Source: Negaprion brevirostris
Taxonomy: Eukaryota
NCBI GenBank assembly: GCA_030324005.1
Contig: JARDVH010000042.1
Span: forward strand, 63,355,320 to 63,419,319
Length of the DNA stretch: 64,000 nucleotides
Reading direction: 5' to 3'
The notes under the pieces were generated by a model that searched no databases, was not told the DNA's origin, and worked only from the letters and a program-made list of their open reading frames with translations. Each line of letters opens with the position of its first letter. The first letter of the stretch is position 1. Position numbers and translations under genes: made by a program. Shown piece after piece: positions 36,701-50,148 of this stretch.

Positions 36701-39009
36701 CTTCATTGTGTGATATCAATTCACTTACTTGTTATGAATGTTATGCACCTTTAGTTTTGCCTTTTTGTGATCTTTGTAACATTTGTCTCTGACTGTTGTT
36801 CTGTTCTTAGGTTTCTTCCTCTCTGTCCCTTCCTGCCACTCTCTGATCCTCATTTCCCATATTATTAGTTTCCTCTCCTGTCTTGAACCTACTCTTGGAT
36901 TTGTTGCATCTACACACAAGCTTGATCTATCTGCCCCCTTGTTTAGTTTAAAGTCCTATTTCTCTAGTTACGCAGTTTGCTAGAACACTAGTCCCAGCAC
37001 GGTTCATGTGTGGACTGTCACAATGGTACAGCACCAGTATTGATGCCAGTGCCCCACCAATTCCTCCCATACAAGTTTCTGAACCACATATTAATTTCCT
37101 CATGTGCCTCTGACAATTGGCACATGGCTCAGGTAATACAGAAATTATTACCCTTGAGGTTCTGTTCTTCAATTTGGTGCCTAGCTCCTATACTGTCTAC
37201 ACAGAACCTCTTTCCTCATCTTACCTATTACATGGACCACANNNNNNNNNNATCTTTCCCTTCCCAGTCCAGGTTTCTGTCTAGTGCTAAGCAGATGTTT
37301 CCCAAACCTTGTACCAGGTAGGCAACCTGGCTTTCTGGACTCATACTCTTGACTACACAGATCTGTGTCTATTCCACTCACTACACTATCACCTACTATT
37401 ACTACATTCTTTTTTGCTCCTGGTGTTGAGGATTAACCAGACAATGCACGGTGAGTACTCCAGTCTTTTAAGTTTTGATTATCTGCTAGCGAGGAGAACA
37501 GACACAGTGAACTTCATTGTGGCGTTCCAACAGAGTTCTGCAAACTGTGTCAGTTATAACATTTTTAGCCAATGAGAGAGAACACCAAATAGCCTTACAG
37601 TTTAGAGTGTACATTCAACCAATAGAACTTATAATCCTTCATAGTCCACCAACTGTGGCATAGCTTTTTGCCTTTTCTTATCCAATAGAAAACCATTTCC
37701 TTCATTAGTGTTATACATCGACATATCTTGTTTTTTGGTATTTGTCATTGTAACTTCTCATTGTTTTCATTCTGTGGCCAAGCCCTGGAATGCAGCATTT
37801 ATGAAACTGACACAAGGTTAGATCAGTCTCTTATCCTGAGTAAGTAAGCGCTGAACCCACTGAAGGCCTTGTTTGCTAATAAACATTTTCCATTACTTGA
37901 CAGAGTTGTTTGTCATGACTTAATTTCCACAATCATTGTAACTTAATTTTTCCCGACCAGCATCTGCAGTTTTTAACTGCTTTTAACTATAGTTTCACAA
38001 GTTCCAGCATCTCCATGGTGTTTTATTTGAAGTGAGCATCTTTAATCTTGCAGAACAAAGTGAATTAAATATTTGGCCATAGCTGGAATTACAACTTAAT
38101 TTCCACAAGATGAAGAGATATCCTTTATGGTCTTATTGGGATCTGGAATGTGCTGCCTGAAATGATGGAAATAGATTCAATAGTAACTGCCAAAAAGGAC
38201 TTGGATAAATACTTGAAAAGGAGAAAATTGCAGGGCTATGGAGAAAAAAACAAAAGAATGGCACTAATTGAATATCTCTTTCAAAAGGGCAGCACGGGCG
38301 CAATGGATGCAGGATTTTACATCGAAAGAAAGGGTCAGAAGAAAATTAAATATGCAGAGCATTGTAGAATTTTATTCCACGCGGAATTCTGACCATAGAC
38401 TATTGTGAAAGCATAGTTCATAAATTCTTTGAAATGAAATTTTAATGGCTGCTCGAAAAATATTAATATTGAAGAGTATGGAGAGAAAGTAGGACAGTGG
38501 AATTATGGAAGATGGTTCATGTGGGATAGAATATCAATATGGACATGATGGGAAAGCTGGACTATTCCTATGCTGTAACTTTCTGTGATCCCACTGCCTA
38601 TATCTGGTCATAGAAGGTCATTGGTGAAGTGTGTAGACAGGGGAATGTATACAATGAACTATCTGCAGGGGGTAATTATGAATTAAGGCTACAAATCTTG
38701 TTAACTGGTCCTCAGTGTTGCAGAGCATGTAGAGAAGAAGTATTGAGAAAAATAGACTGCATGTACATTTGGTGTTACTGTTTACATATGTCCAGTATAT
38801 AATTGATTTAACCTGATCCCTGATCTCCCCACTGTATTCCCCAGAAAAATCATTGCATGATACCTTATTTTGTGCAGAAGTGACATGAACACATGCCTCA
38901 AATGTAGAACAAAGATGACACAGTCAATCCAAACAGCCCACTTACAGAGTCAGAGTTGGTGAGCTCCGCTTACAGCTCTTGAGTCTCTGCCGATGAATGG
39001 TCAGACACA

Positions 39010-39640
39010 GAGATGTGTAGAGTCATCCGTGCATGTCCACGGATCTCTGAAGGCAGCTGGACTGTTAGATAAGGTGACCAAGAAGGCGTACAGGATACCT
39101 GCTTTTATCAGCCAAGGCATGGAATATAAGACTGTGGGCGTGATCTTACCTGCTGTTCACACTACAGTCCCATTGCTGTGAGGTTGGAGAAATTGGTAGT
39201 CAGCCAAATCATCCGTTCACTGCAGCAGATTGGGAAAATCCCAACAGTGTAAGTGATGGTGCCTGTGAAGTTATGCCGGAAGTATACAAAANNNNNNNNN
39301 NNNNNNNNNNNNNNNNNNNNNNNNNNNNNNNNNNNNNNNNNNNNNNNNNNNNNNNNNNNNNNNNNNNNNNNNNNNNNNNNNNNNNNNNNNNAGGGGGGCA
39401 AGGTTTAACACAGATGTCAGAGGGATGTATTTTACACAGAGGGTGGTGGGGGTCTGGAATGCACTGCCAAGTAGTGGTAAAGGCGGACATGCTGGGATCG
39501 TTTAAGACATATCTGGATGGTCACATGAACAGACAGGGAATGGAGGGATATAAATGAATATTCTAATTGGAAACATGAGCGGTGCAGGCTTGGAGGGCTG
39601 AAGGGCCTGTCTCCTGTGCTGTATTGTTCTTTGTTCTTTG
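39010..39640 (+). mobile_element. CR1 LINE 3' fragment, interrupted by a MITE-like insertion (gggcgtgatcttacc at 39136) and a gap
   Basis: VHVHGSLKAAGLLDKVTKKAYRIPAFISQGMEYK, then ttttacacagagggtggtgggggtctggaatgcactgcc and the CR1 3'UTR. Confidence 0.8.
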
Positions 39641-39790
39641 GCACTGTGAGGCAACAGTGCTAATCACTGTGCCACCCATTTATAATGGATGGCTGTAGCA
39701 ATGGGAAATGGTTAGTGCTATTTTCCCTATATGGGCTTGGATGCTGTCACTGGTGGGGTCTGTAGCACTGGTGTGGCCAGTGCAAGCCAT

Positions 39791-40622
39791 GATTCAGTTG
39801 ACAGCCTTCCTCCCTCTGAGTCAATTGGTTGCAAGGTTCAAGTCCTACTCCAGGGCGTAAGCACAAAAATCAAGGCTGATATTCCATTGAGGGAACCTTG
39901 CACTGTTGGAGTTGCTACCTTTGAGAAGAAACATTAAATAGAGGCCCCATTTGTGTGGGCAAGTGGATGTAAGAGATTCCATCATACTGCATTAAAAAAA
40001 ACCAGAGGAATGATTCCCAGAGTCAAGCCAATATTCATCTTTCAATCAATATCACAAAGATCAGATTCTCTGGTCATTATCACATCACTGTTTGTGTGCC
40101 CTTACTTTGCCCATATTGGTTGTCAGGTTTCCTACATTATAATAGTGACTACTGTTAGGGTCCTGGATCAGGATCCAAAATTGTATTGGGAAGCCAGACC
40201 TCAACAATTTCCCTATTTGGGCATTAATGTGAAGATAGTTTGCTTCATTCCAAGAGTAATTCTGCTGACAAATTTTGGATCTTTTATAGTAAAACAAAAA
40301 TGATTTAATAACATAACTTAACTATAGCTCTAACAAATGAAACAGCTTAACTATTACCTGTTGAACAACATTTAAACAAGAATCCTGACCTACATAGCTA
40401 AAATTAGTAATTATCATGTTTTCCCAGAATCCGAGCTGTATTTTTTTCCATACATACTGACTGCCCTTAGAAATAGCTTAACTTTAAAACAGTCCCCTTC
40501 AACATAGAAAAGCTATATATATTTATAGCAATGACATTCTATCATCACATTTTAAAAGTCATTGTTATTTTGAGATGCAAGTTGGTCCAGCTATATAAAA
40601 GCAAGTCTTTCTCTTTTTCTTT
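39791..40622 (+). mobile_element. DeuSINE (SacSINE1-like) split by an unrelated insertion at about 40153-40540
   Basis: tRNA-like head (ggttcaagtcctactcc), Deu-like core (attctctggtcattatcacatcactgtttgtg...tttcctacattataatagtgactac) and L2-type tail gctatataaaagcaagtctttct at about 40590-40620. Confidence 0.7.
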
Positions 40623-41003
40623 CATATGGCAGCATTCTCTCCTTGATGGGATGCTTTTGGACCTGAAATGCTGGGGGGAATCTACAGCTCGCTCTGTTGT
40701 TGAACTTGGAGGCAGGAAGGGCATTTAAGTAGACAGGACAGTGGTGTAGCTGAACACAGCTGCCTTTCCAACTCCCCCAGTGTTAGGTTATGGGTGGATT
40801 GATCTATGTTAACCTTCCCATCCCTGCTGCCAATTGAAGCCCTCGTGGGGTAATTAATATCCTCATCTCACCGCCACTGATATGAGCCTAGCTGAATGTC
40901 ACTGCAGCATACATGGCAGGTAAAATCATGTGGCCAGCTTGTCACTTCAGGGAGGAGACGGAGAGGTGGGGATGTTGGTGATCCTCTGGAACAAAGGCAC
41001 TCA

Positions 41004-41623
41004 GGGCCTGATTTTATCATCGCGTTGCACCCGTTTTAGGGGGAGTAAACTTGCTAAAATTGGACGTGAGGCGAGTAGCGTGATCCGCTCCAGCCTCCGT
41101 GCTGGTTCTTCCTTTACCAAGGTCCAAAAATAGCTGCGATCGGGACCCCTGAAACGGTCGTGATGGCCATTTAAATGCATTTGCACACATTTAAATTGGC
41201 TTAGTGGGCTGCACGCCCAACCATACGGCACTTCCCCCTTTACCACCGCGTTCACCCATCCAGATTCGGCACGAAACAGACGTGCTCTACAAAGGTCTGA
41301 TTTGGGCACTCCAGCTACNNNNNNNNNNNNNNNNNNNNNNNNGGGCCCAGGGGGAGGCATTATCTGGCCTGGGAGGGATGTGGCAGGGGAACCACATTCT
41401 ACCATTCTTTTTCTGCGCATGCGAAGTTGGAGACACCAATCGGAGCTGCAGGATTTTGGGCATGTTAAGCTCTGCCCACAGGCTTGTGCAGCGTGATTCG
41501 GAATCGCTAATATTTTACACACCGTGTGGATGCGGGTGCCTCAGAAAAGGTCTAAAAGTCAGATCTGAAACACTTCCAGCTTCAAGTCCACCCAACATGA
41601 ATCAACATGGTAAAATATGGTCC
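41004..41623. mobile_element. MITE with 17-bp imperfect TIRs and 3-bp TSD (PIF/Harbinger type)
   Basis: Left GGGCCTGATTTTATCAT versus right-end reverse complement GGACCATATTTTACCAT. Flanked by TCA on both sides (41001-41003, 41624-41626). CpG-rich interior. Confidence 0.75.
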
Positions 41624-42354
41624 TCAGTATCTGATTGGACACTGGACATCAGCTGGAGGGGAGTGGGGGAATGCTGTTGAGAACCACCTCCCTGGTCTTG
41701 ACGATAACTCTCTGCATCCCTCCTCCATGGTCTCCACCAAACGAAATCCCTTCCCCACCCCACATTGCTTACCTGTGCCCGGGATTGCTCTGTGATCCAG
41801 GGGTTCTGGTGCCTGTCCCTCTAGCAGCCTACCGCAGACTCCCCAGTGGTGCTGCTGAGCATAAGTGCCTCTGATTGGTGTCTTGATTTCAAGGGAAGGC
41901 TCACCGCTGGCCTTGACATTGTCAGGTTGGCCTGTGATTCAGCAGGCTTTCCCAGTAAGAACCAGCTTTGCTCTGGAGGCTTTCCCAAAAAGAGGCAGCG
42001 CTGGTCTCGTACTGAATCCAGAGTCAGCAGCTTAGACCCTCAATGCCTGAACAAGGTTCCGCCCTTTAACTCTGTTATTCTCTCTATGGATGTTACCCAA
42101 CTGGCTGAGCTTTTCCAACACTTTCTGTTTTTGTTTCAGATCTCCAGCGTCCTCAGTATTTCGTTTGCACGTAGAACTGAAATATGGAGCTTAAATGACA
42201 ATCATTTGCATAATCACAGATAATGATAAGTACAATACTGCAGAAGCTACCATCTTCCTGTCTCTCAGTTCCTCTCAAATGTCACAGTAAAATCTTGAGA
42301 GCTTTAGATTGAGGGATTTAGTAAGCAATCACTACAAAGAAATAATAAGGAAAC

Positions 42355-42880
42355 TGAACCTTAGTTAGACCACACTTGGAATATAGTGTTCAATTCTAGT
42401 CACCGCACTATCAGAAAGATGTGGAGGCTTTGGCGAGGGTACAGAAAATATTTACCAGGATGTTGCCTGGTATGGAGGGCATTAGCTATGAGGAGAGGTT
42501 GGAGAAACTTGGAGCAATGGAGCTTGAGGGGAGACCTGATAGAAGTCTACAACATTATGAGAGGCATGGACAGAATGGATAGTCAGAAGCTTTTTCCCAG
42601 GGTGGCAGAGTCAATTACTAGGGGGCATAGGTTTAAAGGAGATATGAGAGGCAGATTTTTTACACAGAGAGTGGTGTGTGGCTGGAACTCGTTGCTGGGG
42701 GAGATAGTGGAAGCAGGTATGGTCGTGACTTTTAAAGGGCATCTTGACAAGTACGTGAATAGGATGGGAATAGAGGGATATGGTCCTCGGAAGGGTAGGG
42801 GTTTTAGTTAAGTCGGGCAGCATTGTTGCTGCAGGCTTGGAGGGCCGAAGGGCCTGTTGCTATGCTGTAATTTTCTTTAT
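42355..42880 (+). mobile_element. CR1 (HER1-like) LINE 3' end
   Basis: ORF 42386-42811 LRGDLIEVYNIMRGMDRMDSQKLFPR...TRGHRFK...FFTQRVVCGWNSL, followed by the CR1 3'UTR. Further CR1 3' pieces at about 38140-38590(+), 43135-43375(+), 61030-61740(-), 61865-62130(+) and 63134-63245(-). Confidence 0.92.
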
Positions 42881-44212
42881 TCCTTATCCAATGCTACCAG
42901 CTTGTTGTAAAAATGCATCTAGTTCATCAAAGCCCTTAGAAGAGGAAATCTAGCATTCTTATTTTGCTTGGATGACATGTGACTCCAGATTCACACCATG
43001 CAGTTAACCTTTAACTGCCCTGAAATTGCCTAGCTGGCTGCTAGCTCAAGGGCAATTTGGGATGGATAATAGATTCTGGCCTTGCAGCTAGGCTGACATT
43101 CCAAGAATTAATAGAAAAAAGATTGCTTGATTTCTTTTGAGGAATTTCTTCTCTCAGAGGGTAGTGAACCTGTAGAATTCTTTACCACTGTTGAGGCTGG
43201 GTCGTGAAGTATGTTCAAGGTTAAGATAGATTTTTCAGTAGTAAGGGAATTAAGGGTTATGGGGATAAATGGGAAAATGGAATTGAAGATTATCACATCA
43301 GATCTGTTATTATCTCATTGCATAGCAGAGCAAACTTGATGGGTGAAATGGCTTATTTCTCATGGTTTTATGGTCTACCTTACAATGAACATGTACATAT
43401 GAGGGTTGTGAAAAACTGGCTATCTGATGGTAATATGAAATAGTACCATTAGAAAACTATTTGAAGACAATGGATGGTCGTGGCTAATGCATTATTGGAA
43501 TCCTTTGGCTATATAGAGTGATGAGCCTTATTGATCCAGTGCAGAAGTTTTTGACAAAGTTGCTCAAAGTCTATGGCTCCACATATACAAAGGGGTAAGC
43601 GAATTTCAGGTGGAAGCCTTGCTGGGTAGGGTGCAACGCTCATGGAGATAAGTTGGCTGCAGTCTGCCAAATGATTTTAGGATTTCATAATCCAGAGAGG
43701 ACTTGATAGTATAAATTAATGAAATCATCACATGCTACTTAACAGTTTTCTGCTAAAAATGACTGGGTAGTCAACAGGAAGAAAGAGGTTCCTGCTAAGA
43801 CCCAGTGGTGTATTCCCCACCACAATGTTGCCTCAAGAGGGGAACCCTGGTTGGAGGAAAGATTGACCAGGACAGGGAACCCCCAAGTTTCACATGTTTA
43901 AGTTTAAGTTTATTTATTAGTGTCACAACTAGGCTTACATTAACACTGCGATGATGTTACAGTGAAAATCCCTGAGAAGCATTTCTGCTCCCAGGGTTAT
44001 GCCTATAAAGATAATTTTTAAATTGCTGGCCGTGGCTACTGATGCTTTGATTGCTGGGAAAAGCCATCATTATTCCTCCATTCATCCGATGGACATACAT
44101 GAAGATAACCCAGCAACCTGGATCAGGTTGAGGAACAGACTTTTCTCTCCTTTTCTGTATATATGTATTTTTTGGAAAACTTCAGTTGAAACTTGTTTTT
44201 TCATTCAAATGT

Positions 44213-44708
44213 GGGTGGCACAGTAGCACAGTGGTTAGCACTGCTGCTTCACAGCTCCAGGGTCCTGGGTTCAATTCCCGGCTCAGGTCACTGTCTGTGN
44301 NNNNNNNNNNNNNNNNNNNNNNNNNNNNNNNNNNNNNNNNNNNNNNNNNNNNNNNNNNNNNNNNNNNNNNNNNNNNNNNNNNNNNNNNNNNNNNNNNNNG
44401 CTTCACAGCTCCAGGGTCCTGGGTTCAATTCCCGGCTCAGGTCACTGTCTGTGTGGAGTTTGCACATTCTCCTCGTGGCTGCGTGAATTTCCTCCGGGTT
44501 CTCCGGTTTCCTTCCACAGTCCAAAAATGTGCGCGTTAGGTTGATTGGCCATGCTAAGAAATTTCCCCTTAGTGTCCAGGGATGCGTAGGTTAGAGGGAT
44601 TAGTGGGTATAATATGCAGGGATATGGGGGTAGGGCATGCGTGGGATTGTGTTCAGTACAGACTCGATGGGCTGAAGGGCCTCTTTCTGCACTGTAGGAT
44701 TCTATGAT
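44213..44708 (+). mobile_element. HE1-like SINE, full length (gap artefact inside)
   Basis: GGGTGGCACAGTAGCACAGTGGTTAGCACTGCTGC head through ctgcactgtaggattctatgat tail. Confidence 0.92.
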
Positions 44709-47700
44709 ACTTGTGGCTGAATTTTCAAAGAAGATGGGCCAGGTAATGAAGGAGCTAGAAAACAGGAGGAAATCCTGACAGTTCATCCAAAAAATGGTCC
44801 TGTCTTCATGGGATAATACAGGAGTTGGGGTGATGAGGAACAGTAATGACTAATCTCCTTGAGTCAATCACTATGGGGGGGGGGGCTTCCCTCTCATGTC
44901 TGGCACACCTGATTCTTCTGATCCCCTTATCTAACCATTTTGTGGCTCCAATCACAATATGAGGTAGTGCCTACTGTCCTTGTTCACAGGCCTGTTTGTT
45001 AAGCTCCCAGATGTTCCATTGCCTTGGCATGTCAGCATCAGCTTGTACTTTCAGCAACTTAATGGGGAAACATTTTTTGGGCGAAAGGATGCAGGGGCAA
45101 GTCTAACGAATGGCCTAGAGTGCATCACTCTGCCGCTGCAAATTCTGGTCCAGTATATTTATTGATGCAACTTGAGCAGTTCAAACCCTAGCATGTCCAC
45201 CTGCCAATGTAGGCAACAACCTCGAGCCACTGACCCCTCGCTAACCACTTTACTTTTCTACAAGAACTGTAAAATGATTTTATGTATATAATGCATGCGT
45301 AATTCAATAGGAAACTTCACTTAAAAATTGGCATGCGTTATCTGCGATTCTCTGTCCATTAAATTTAACAGATGGAAAATCATGTGTAAATGTTTATAGT
45401 TGCAGTGAAAAATACAGCAAAGCAAATGTTTTGCCACTGGCAGACATCGCTGAAATTAAATAGAGCAGATTAACCTTTTTAAGTGCCAAATGTCTGTTGA
45501 AATTTGCATATTCATTAACTACAAAGTACAATTTTTCTGAACCTACAGTTCTTCTCTTACTGAGCAGCATTACTATTGTAACAGTAGAGTAGAACCAACC
45601 TGTATCTGGACAGTGCCATCCTAGCTCACATTCCCAGTGCATGAGGCTTCTTGTTAGGAGTGTGATTTCATAAAAGTACTCTTTATTTCAGGAATTATGG
45701 ATAATAACCGGATATCACGTTTTTCTGTGGTGGGAGTTGAATTACAATAGTGGGCAGAATGTTATATTCTTTAGAAAAGCAATTCCAGTCTGAGACCTTG
45801 ATTGGGTACTGACTGTGCTCATGCTGGGAATGCACCCACTGATTTAATTTTATGGAAATTGGACAGTGGTCAATAAAGGATGGCAGATCGGCTCTTGAGG
45901 TTGAGGGCCCAATAAAAAGTTTTGCAGCCTTGGAATGAAGGGAGTGCCAGGTGAATGCTGCTGTTCCAGATGGGGACTGCAAGGACACCGCAATCTTGAG
46001 ACGCTCTCTGGAGGGGCATCAAATTATATAAATTAAAATGTGGCCACAGCTGAAAGACTATCCATTTGGAAGGTGAGCCCTTCCACAAGATTGCCTATGA
46101 TCACAGCGGTATTCCCCTGATCCCTTGGTCTCTGGTAGGGTATGAAAGAGGCATTTCAACCTCGTTGGCCAGCTGCCAACAAGTCACGTCCAGGCACCTG
46201 CCAGGCTTTGACCTTAGCAGGTACCCGAAAGACTTGACCTTAGCAGGTAGCTTGTCCACCTGTGAGAAGATCCCAGGAATGTCCCCAACTTGCCCAGAAT
46301 TGAACACTTATTCATGTAGACTGACTACATACTGTTGCCAGGCAGGTAGTCTTGCAGTTTCAACATTATTCAGAGGCAGGAGTACATCAAACTGCTGACT
46401 TGACGTGGTCATTTAAACATTTTTTTAGTTGTCCCCCAAGTCCTTGGGGGACAACTCTGAGGGACCAGCAAAGTTCTACCCAGTGACATAGTGTAGAGGG
46501 AACTTTAACTTGCACTTAGCTAGTGCTAACACTGAAATGCCTGACAACTGTTTCATTCTTCATCAATGACACTCTAGCCTTAAGGGAAATAAATATTCAC
46601 AAAAAAGTACATATAATCAGGAGAATTAGTAGATTCCATTATCAGTCTAACTGTAATAGAGGTCAGCATCCCCATGTAACTACCTCTTGGTGAGGGATTT
46701 GCAAATCATCAGGATATATTGAAATTTTAAAAACAAAATTTGGTCTGCATTTATTTCTAGAATCTTTCAATATTGTCTGCCCCATTAAATAATAACAATT
46801 GGGTAAAGGCTATGAATTTCACTATTGTGTGGTAAAACCTATGTGGGTTTAAAAAGAACAGCAGGGGACTGGAAGATTTATGAGACTAAAGAAGGTTACT
46901 ATTCTGACATTGTTTACATTGGCAAGGGTTCATTCACCTGCCAGCTGGTATGCTTGTCGTTCAACACCATTTCTATATAATGAAGTTTTCTGAGCACTTG
47001 TGCTATTCTGTTCAAAGTTCCTAATCTAAATAAACCATTGCATTTGGTTTCTGCACACTTCTAATCTGAACGTTAGGATACATTAAAGTATATCTGTTGA
47101 GTAGACTTTTGTATTTTGGGTACATGTGCTATCATTAAAATAACTCTTTAACATATACCTACAGTCTTCCATCCAACACAGGATTCAAAATAACTGCTGT
47201 GGCACAGCAATTTGCTTCACAGACAAGCCACACTACAATGCAATGTTCTATTTCAGTTTTTGATATGCTATTTAATTTGTATCATCTGCTTCAAATCAAT
47301 TAACATGACTGTGAAAGGCTGCTGGTCTATGTCTATTAATAGTTCTATTTTTCAGTGCTATGGGGTATAGCAGGAACCCTTGAAAAGCCAGAGAAGTGAT
47401 TTCAAGAGTTGTAACCTTTGACTGCATTATTGCAATTACAATCATCAGACCACACATTAAGCAGTGTTGTCTGAAATCCATAACTCCAATATTTTTGTCG
47501 TTTTGGTAATAAGAAGAGACAGTATAATTTTGTGAAAATATTGAAAAGGCAGAAGATAAAGCATGGAACTCATATCCAGGATAGCTAAATGCACTTTGGG
47601 CCATGTTAATATGGAAGACTTGTTGTAAAACAGACACCTTCGAGCTTGTGATGTTCAAGCAAGCAAGGACTTTATTAGAAGCATACACGACTGGCATCCT

Positions 47701-49057
47701 AGAATCTTAAAGGAATGGCTGCAGAGTCCATTAGTTTTCCTAGTACTTTATCTGTCTTGCTGGAAACAGAAACATGTCAAAGCTTTTCACCTTGCACTCA
47801 TCAGGCTACTTTGCAGGAGATGTCTGCTTTTTCAGAAACGCTCAAGTTCTGTATTACCAAATAACTTTTTCTCCAGTGATTTTTACAAGTTCATCTTCCC
47901 TTTCTCTCCCCTCTACTTTTCTATTTTCTTAGGATGTTTTTTGTGTCTTCTACTGTCAAGACAGGTACAAAATAAATGTTTAAATTCTCTGCTATTTCCT
48001 AATCCCTTATAATGAAGTCCCCAGTCTTACCCACTAAGGGATCAAAGCGCGTTGTCTCTACTCTTCCTTTCCATAAATTTGTAGAAATTTTACTGTCTGT
48101 TTTTATATTTCTTGCTAGTTTCCCCTCATAATCCAATTTCTTCCTTTATTTGCTTTATTCATCCTTTGCTAGTTTCTAAAATTTTCCCAATCTACTGGCC
48201 TTGAATCTTAGCAACATCGTACATCTTTTCTTTCAATTTGATACCATCTTTAACTTCCTTAGTGAGTCATGAATGATGCAACCCTCTCAGAGTCTTTCTT
48301 TCTCAGTGGAACTTGTTCAGAGTTATGAAATAGCTCCTTAGATGTCTGCCATTGTTTCTCTACTGCCTTACATTTAACCCATTTCAACCCATTTTAACCA
48401 ACTCTCTTTTCATGCCATTGTAATTGCTTTCATTTAAGTTTAAGATGCTAGTCCCAGACCCGACTCTTTCACCCTCAAACTGAATGAGAAATTCTAACAT
48501 GTTATGGTCACTCTTACCTCAAGGATCTTATTATGAAGTCATTAATTAAACCTGTTTCATTCATATTACCACATCTAAATAACTTGTTCCCTGGTTGGTT
48601 CGAGAATCTGTTGTGCTAAGAAACTGTCCTGAACACACTCTACGAACTTAACATATCAGCTAGCTTTGCTAATTTGTTTTGTCCAGTTCCCACCTTGTCA
48701 GTGACACTCACAACAAATGAAAGAATAAAAAATAGTGATGAAAATAATGGTTAATTTGGAGCCCTGAATTAGTTCTGAATACCTAGTGGAATCAATGAGA
48801 AATTTTCTATTTTTTTCTCTAGGAAATTTTTCTATATGCTGTTTGCCTTCTCCAGGAATTCACACAACTGCTGCTGAGTGGAACATGTTATAAATCATGA
48901 TGCTCCAGACATCGTGGTTGTGTGATGAACCAGACAATCTCCTCCTGCCCTCAAATTGTTGTACAGAAAACTTCAAGTTAATTAAAAGGAGTCACATACT
49001 GAAGTTGAAGAACCAAGATTACAGAATAATATTGACATGGTATTTATTTTTCAACAG

Positions 49058-49114
49058 TGAGCATTGAGGTGGACAATGATGACAGTGATGATGAGGAACA
49101 AGATGAAGAAACAG
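49058..49114 (+). CDS. TMC1: TMC1 coding exon 2 (VSIEVDNDDSDDEEQDEET), 57 nt, phase 1-1
   Basis: Acceptor tatttttcaacag| and donor CAG|GTGAGA. Acidic exon positionally equivalent to human VQIKVEEKEDETEESSS. Confidence 0.85.
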
Positions 49115-49391
49115 GTGAGATATTTTCACATATACATGCGTTATCTTTACCATGCAATATATAAGGATACAGACACTCCACAAATGCAGATTTACTAGGA
49201 AATATAACCATAGTAAAGTAAGGAACAGGATATAAATTTCTAGATACTGCCCCCAATTTTGTCATATTAATTAGAGAGAAACTAGTAAGATATATATGTA
49301 GACTTGTATAGCTGAATTTATGACCACTGCAGTGTCCATTATCATTCATCAAAAAGGTTGGTCCTGTTTGTTGTGATACATTGCCTAGAGT

Positions 49392-49657
49392 TATAGAATC
49401 CCCACAGTGTAGGAGGCAATTTGGCCCATTGAGTCTGCATTGATCCAGGCCCCATCTTCACAACCCCAACTTGCCCCGGACACTAAGGGGCAATTTAGCA
49501 TGGCCAATCAACCTAACCCGCATACCTTTAGAGTGTGGGAGGAAATCCATGAAGACTTGGGGGGAATATGTAAATTCCACACAGATAGTCAGGAATCGAA
49601 TCAGGATCCCTGGAGCCGTGAGGCAGCAGTGCTAACCATTGTGCCACAGTGCTGCCC
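49392..49657 (-). mobile_element. HE1-like SINE in TMC1 intron 2
   Basis: Reverse-complement head gggcagcactgtggcacaatggttagcactgctgcctcac and CR1-type tail. Confidence 0.85.
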
Positions 49658-50148
49658 ATTGCAAAAAAGGTAATAATTAGATGGCAAAATTATGAGTTAT
49701 TTTTCGTCAGTTACTGGAAAGGTAATACTTAGTCATTTTATTTTTTGAGTCGCCATCTGCCTTTGTGGAACTTGATGAAGAGCTGTCAAGCCTTCCACTC
49801 CCAGTTTCAGATCAGATACACTAGTCTTCCCATTTTAAATTCCCTTCTATTTCTGCTCCCTGGAAGAAGTGGAAGGGCAATAGAAACTGTATGTTCCCTT
49901 GACCTTTAAATGGCATGATAGAGTCTTTAACAGCGTCTGGACAATCAGAATCATTGGAAATAGTGGTAAATAATTCATCTGATGTCAGGAAAATTGCCTT
50001 TATACTATAGGTTTCTACACTATGTGTTTTAATGTCACAGGGAATTTTTTTTATATCTCAGTGTTCCCACTTAGTTTTTTTTAAATTCTGTGTTTGGGAT
50101 TAGAACCACTGATTCAAACATAATACACAGTTTTGCCCATGTAATTAG

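Noticed and set aside
44213-44285. tRNA-like sequences with A and B boxes (here and at other SINE heads)
   Set aside because: Each continues into SINE body sequence; they are tRNA-derived SINE heads, not tRNA genes.
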